Source of the DNA: Octopus sinensis
Lineage: Eukaryota
DNA length: 64,000 nt
Reading direction: 5' to 3'
Assembly: GCF_006345805.1 (NCBI RefSeq)
Contig: NC_042998.1
Span: 146,072,001-146,136,000, forward strand
The notes beneath the pieces were generated by a model. The model saw nothing but the letters and a program-made list of their open reading frames with translations. It made no database searches and was not told where the DNA came from. Positions within the stretch are counted from its first letter, which is position 1. Each line of letters begins with the position of its first letter. The position numbers were made by a program, and so were the translations under genes. This document shows positions 62,611 to 64,000 of the stretch, one piece after another.

Positions 62611-62896
62611 CAGTGCTTCTTAAACTATGGGTGACAACCCCAAATGGGATCACAAAAATTAAATTCAAACACTTGAATTTTAGTTTTTATGTTATTTCAC
62701 AAACACACAAATGCTAAAGCTACTTTTATTTTGACAAATGGTATAACTACTTTTTTTATGTGTATACTATTCAGCAAAAAAAAAAAAATACATGATTTAT
62801 TTATTTGTATGTTTTATTTCATATCTAATACCTGGGATTACATAAAATCTTGTGATGAAAAATGGGTCATGAATGAAAAAAGTTTGAGAAGCACAG
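62611..62896. mobile_element. hAT MITE
   Basis: Ends CAGTGCTTCTTAAACT / AGTTTGAGAAGCACAG; perfect 8-bp TSD ctctaaag at 62603-62610 and 62897-62904. Confidence 0.88.
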
Positions 62897-64000
62897 CTCT
62901 AAAGTCATGCAATCAATAGGTCACTGTTTATTTTGTAACCTCTTAGTCTAGTCTTCTTCCATCTCTGTCCATCTTGTATGTAAAAGATGAGGGGATATGT
63001 TTTTGTACAGTAGCTTCAGACAAAAATAATGTAATATATATATATATTTATTTATTTTGTTCTGCGGGATGAAATGAGTGATGGGAGGGAAAGATGTATT
63101 AATACCTTTTTGATTTTTCTCAATAAACTTCCTATTGAAATCCCAATGTTTTCGTGCACCTATTTAGTCATTTCCTCTACTATAGATTAAACTGACACTT
63201 TACCAATATTCAGAATATTATGTAAAAATATACATTTACCATATATATATATTTGGTTTAGTTATACTTTCTTTTTATTATTTGTCTGGCTCTGGCAAGT
63301 ACAGACAGTGTTTGTGTTACTCTTTTAGTTTCTCTCAGACTTGAGTGTGATAGGGATGTCTGTGTAAACTTGGGGATTGGAAAAGAAAATGTTTGAAGTT
63401 ATGCTGTTCTGAGGGGAAATAATTGTACAAGGAGTTACTGAAATTTAAGTAACATCAACACTACACTATCTCTACTGAGATCTTATAACTGACTGTGGCA
63501 AATTCATTAGAGCATCAAATGGAATGCCTCACTTATTTCTTCTGACACTCAGGGCTCTGAGTTCAAATTCAGTTGAGATTAATTTTGTTTTGTTCTTTCA
63601 GGTTCGGTAAAGAACCAGTCCATTGTTGTAGATTGGTGAAACTGAAAACATGAAACCAGACCCTTTTTAAAGCATTTGTTCCAATACTTACGTGTTTTGA
63701 ATTCAAATCTCAGGGTTAATCCATCACCCTGTTTTAAACCGCCATTTGGCACCTTGGATGACTATAACAGAATTCACTCTGTTGCAAGCATTCAGGCCAG
63801 GTTTCCAGTTTGAAGGCATTTTCCTCCATCCCTCCCTCCTCATTCTCTTTTGCTCCCCACCTATCTAGGAAGTATTGTTAAGGGTAATGAACCCTGTACT
63901 TTTGGTGAATGTTTTATTTGCTTATTATTTCCTGTGTGTAGAGCTCAAAGAAGGAAGGGCATTATGAAGCTGACTTTCTTGAGCTAACTTGTAGGGGTAT

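Overview
AT-rich, intron-rich animal DNA. The SINE families and microsatellites suggest an octopus (coleoid cephalopod); this is inferred, not searched. Two genes can be read by hand-splicing. (1) The last seven coding exons of MICU1 (+ strand, 485-8897; 5' part lies outside the window). (2) An hnRNP H/F (glorund-like) gene on the - strand, from a promoter near 18.1 kb to about 10.9 kb, with three qRRMs and Gly-rich tracts; its last exon is unresolved. The rest (18.5-64 kb) is mostly decayed mobile DNA: tRNA-derived SINEs, mariner/Tc1, piggyBac derivatives, hAT elements, a Helitron, L1/Tx1 and RTE fragments, and a Penelope-like inverted repeat. Candidate first exons of an unidentified + strand gene lie at about 53.5-55.8 kb. 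The most interesting signal is an apparent splicing-control module in the hnRNP H/F gene: a frame-shifting 139-nt exon wrapped in G-runs, a candidate 9-nt microexon upstream, and a TE-free downstream intron with several perfect inverted repeats. Also notable are a pair of hammerhead ribozyme motifs in the Penelope-like foldback, and a hAT insertion whose empty pre-insertion site survives 1 kb away. No prokaryotic systems or CRISPR arrays are present.
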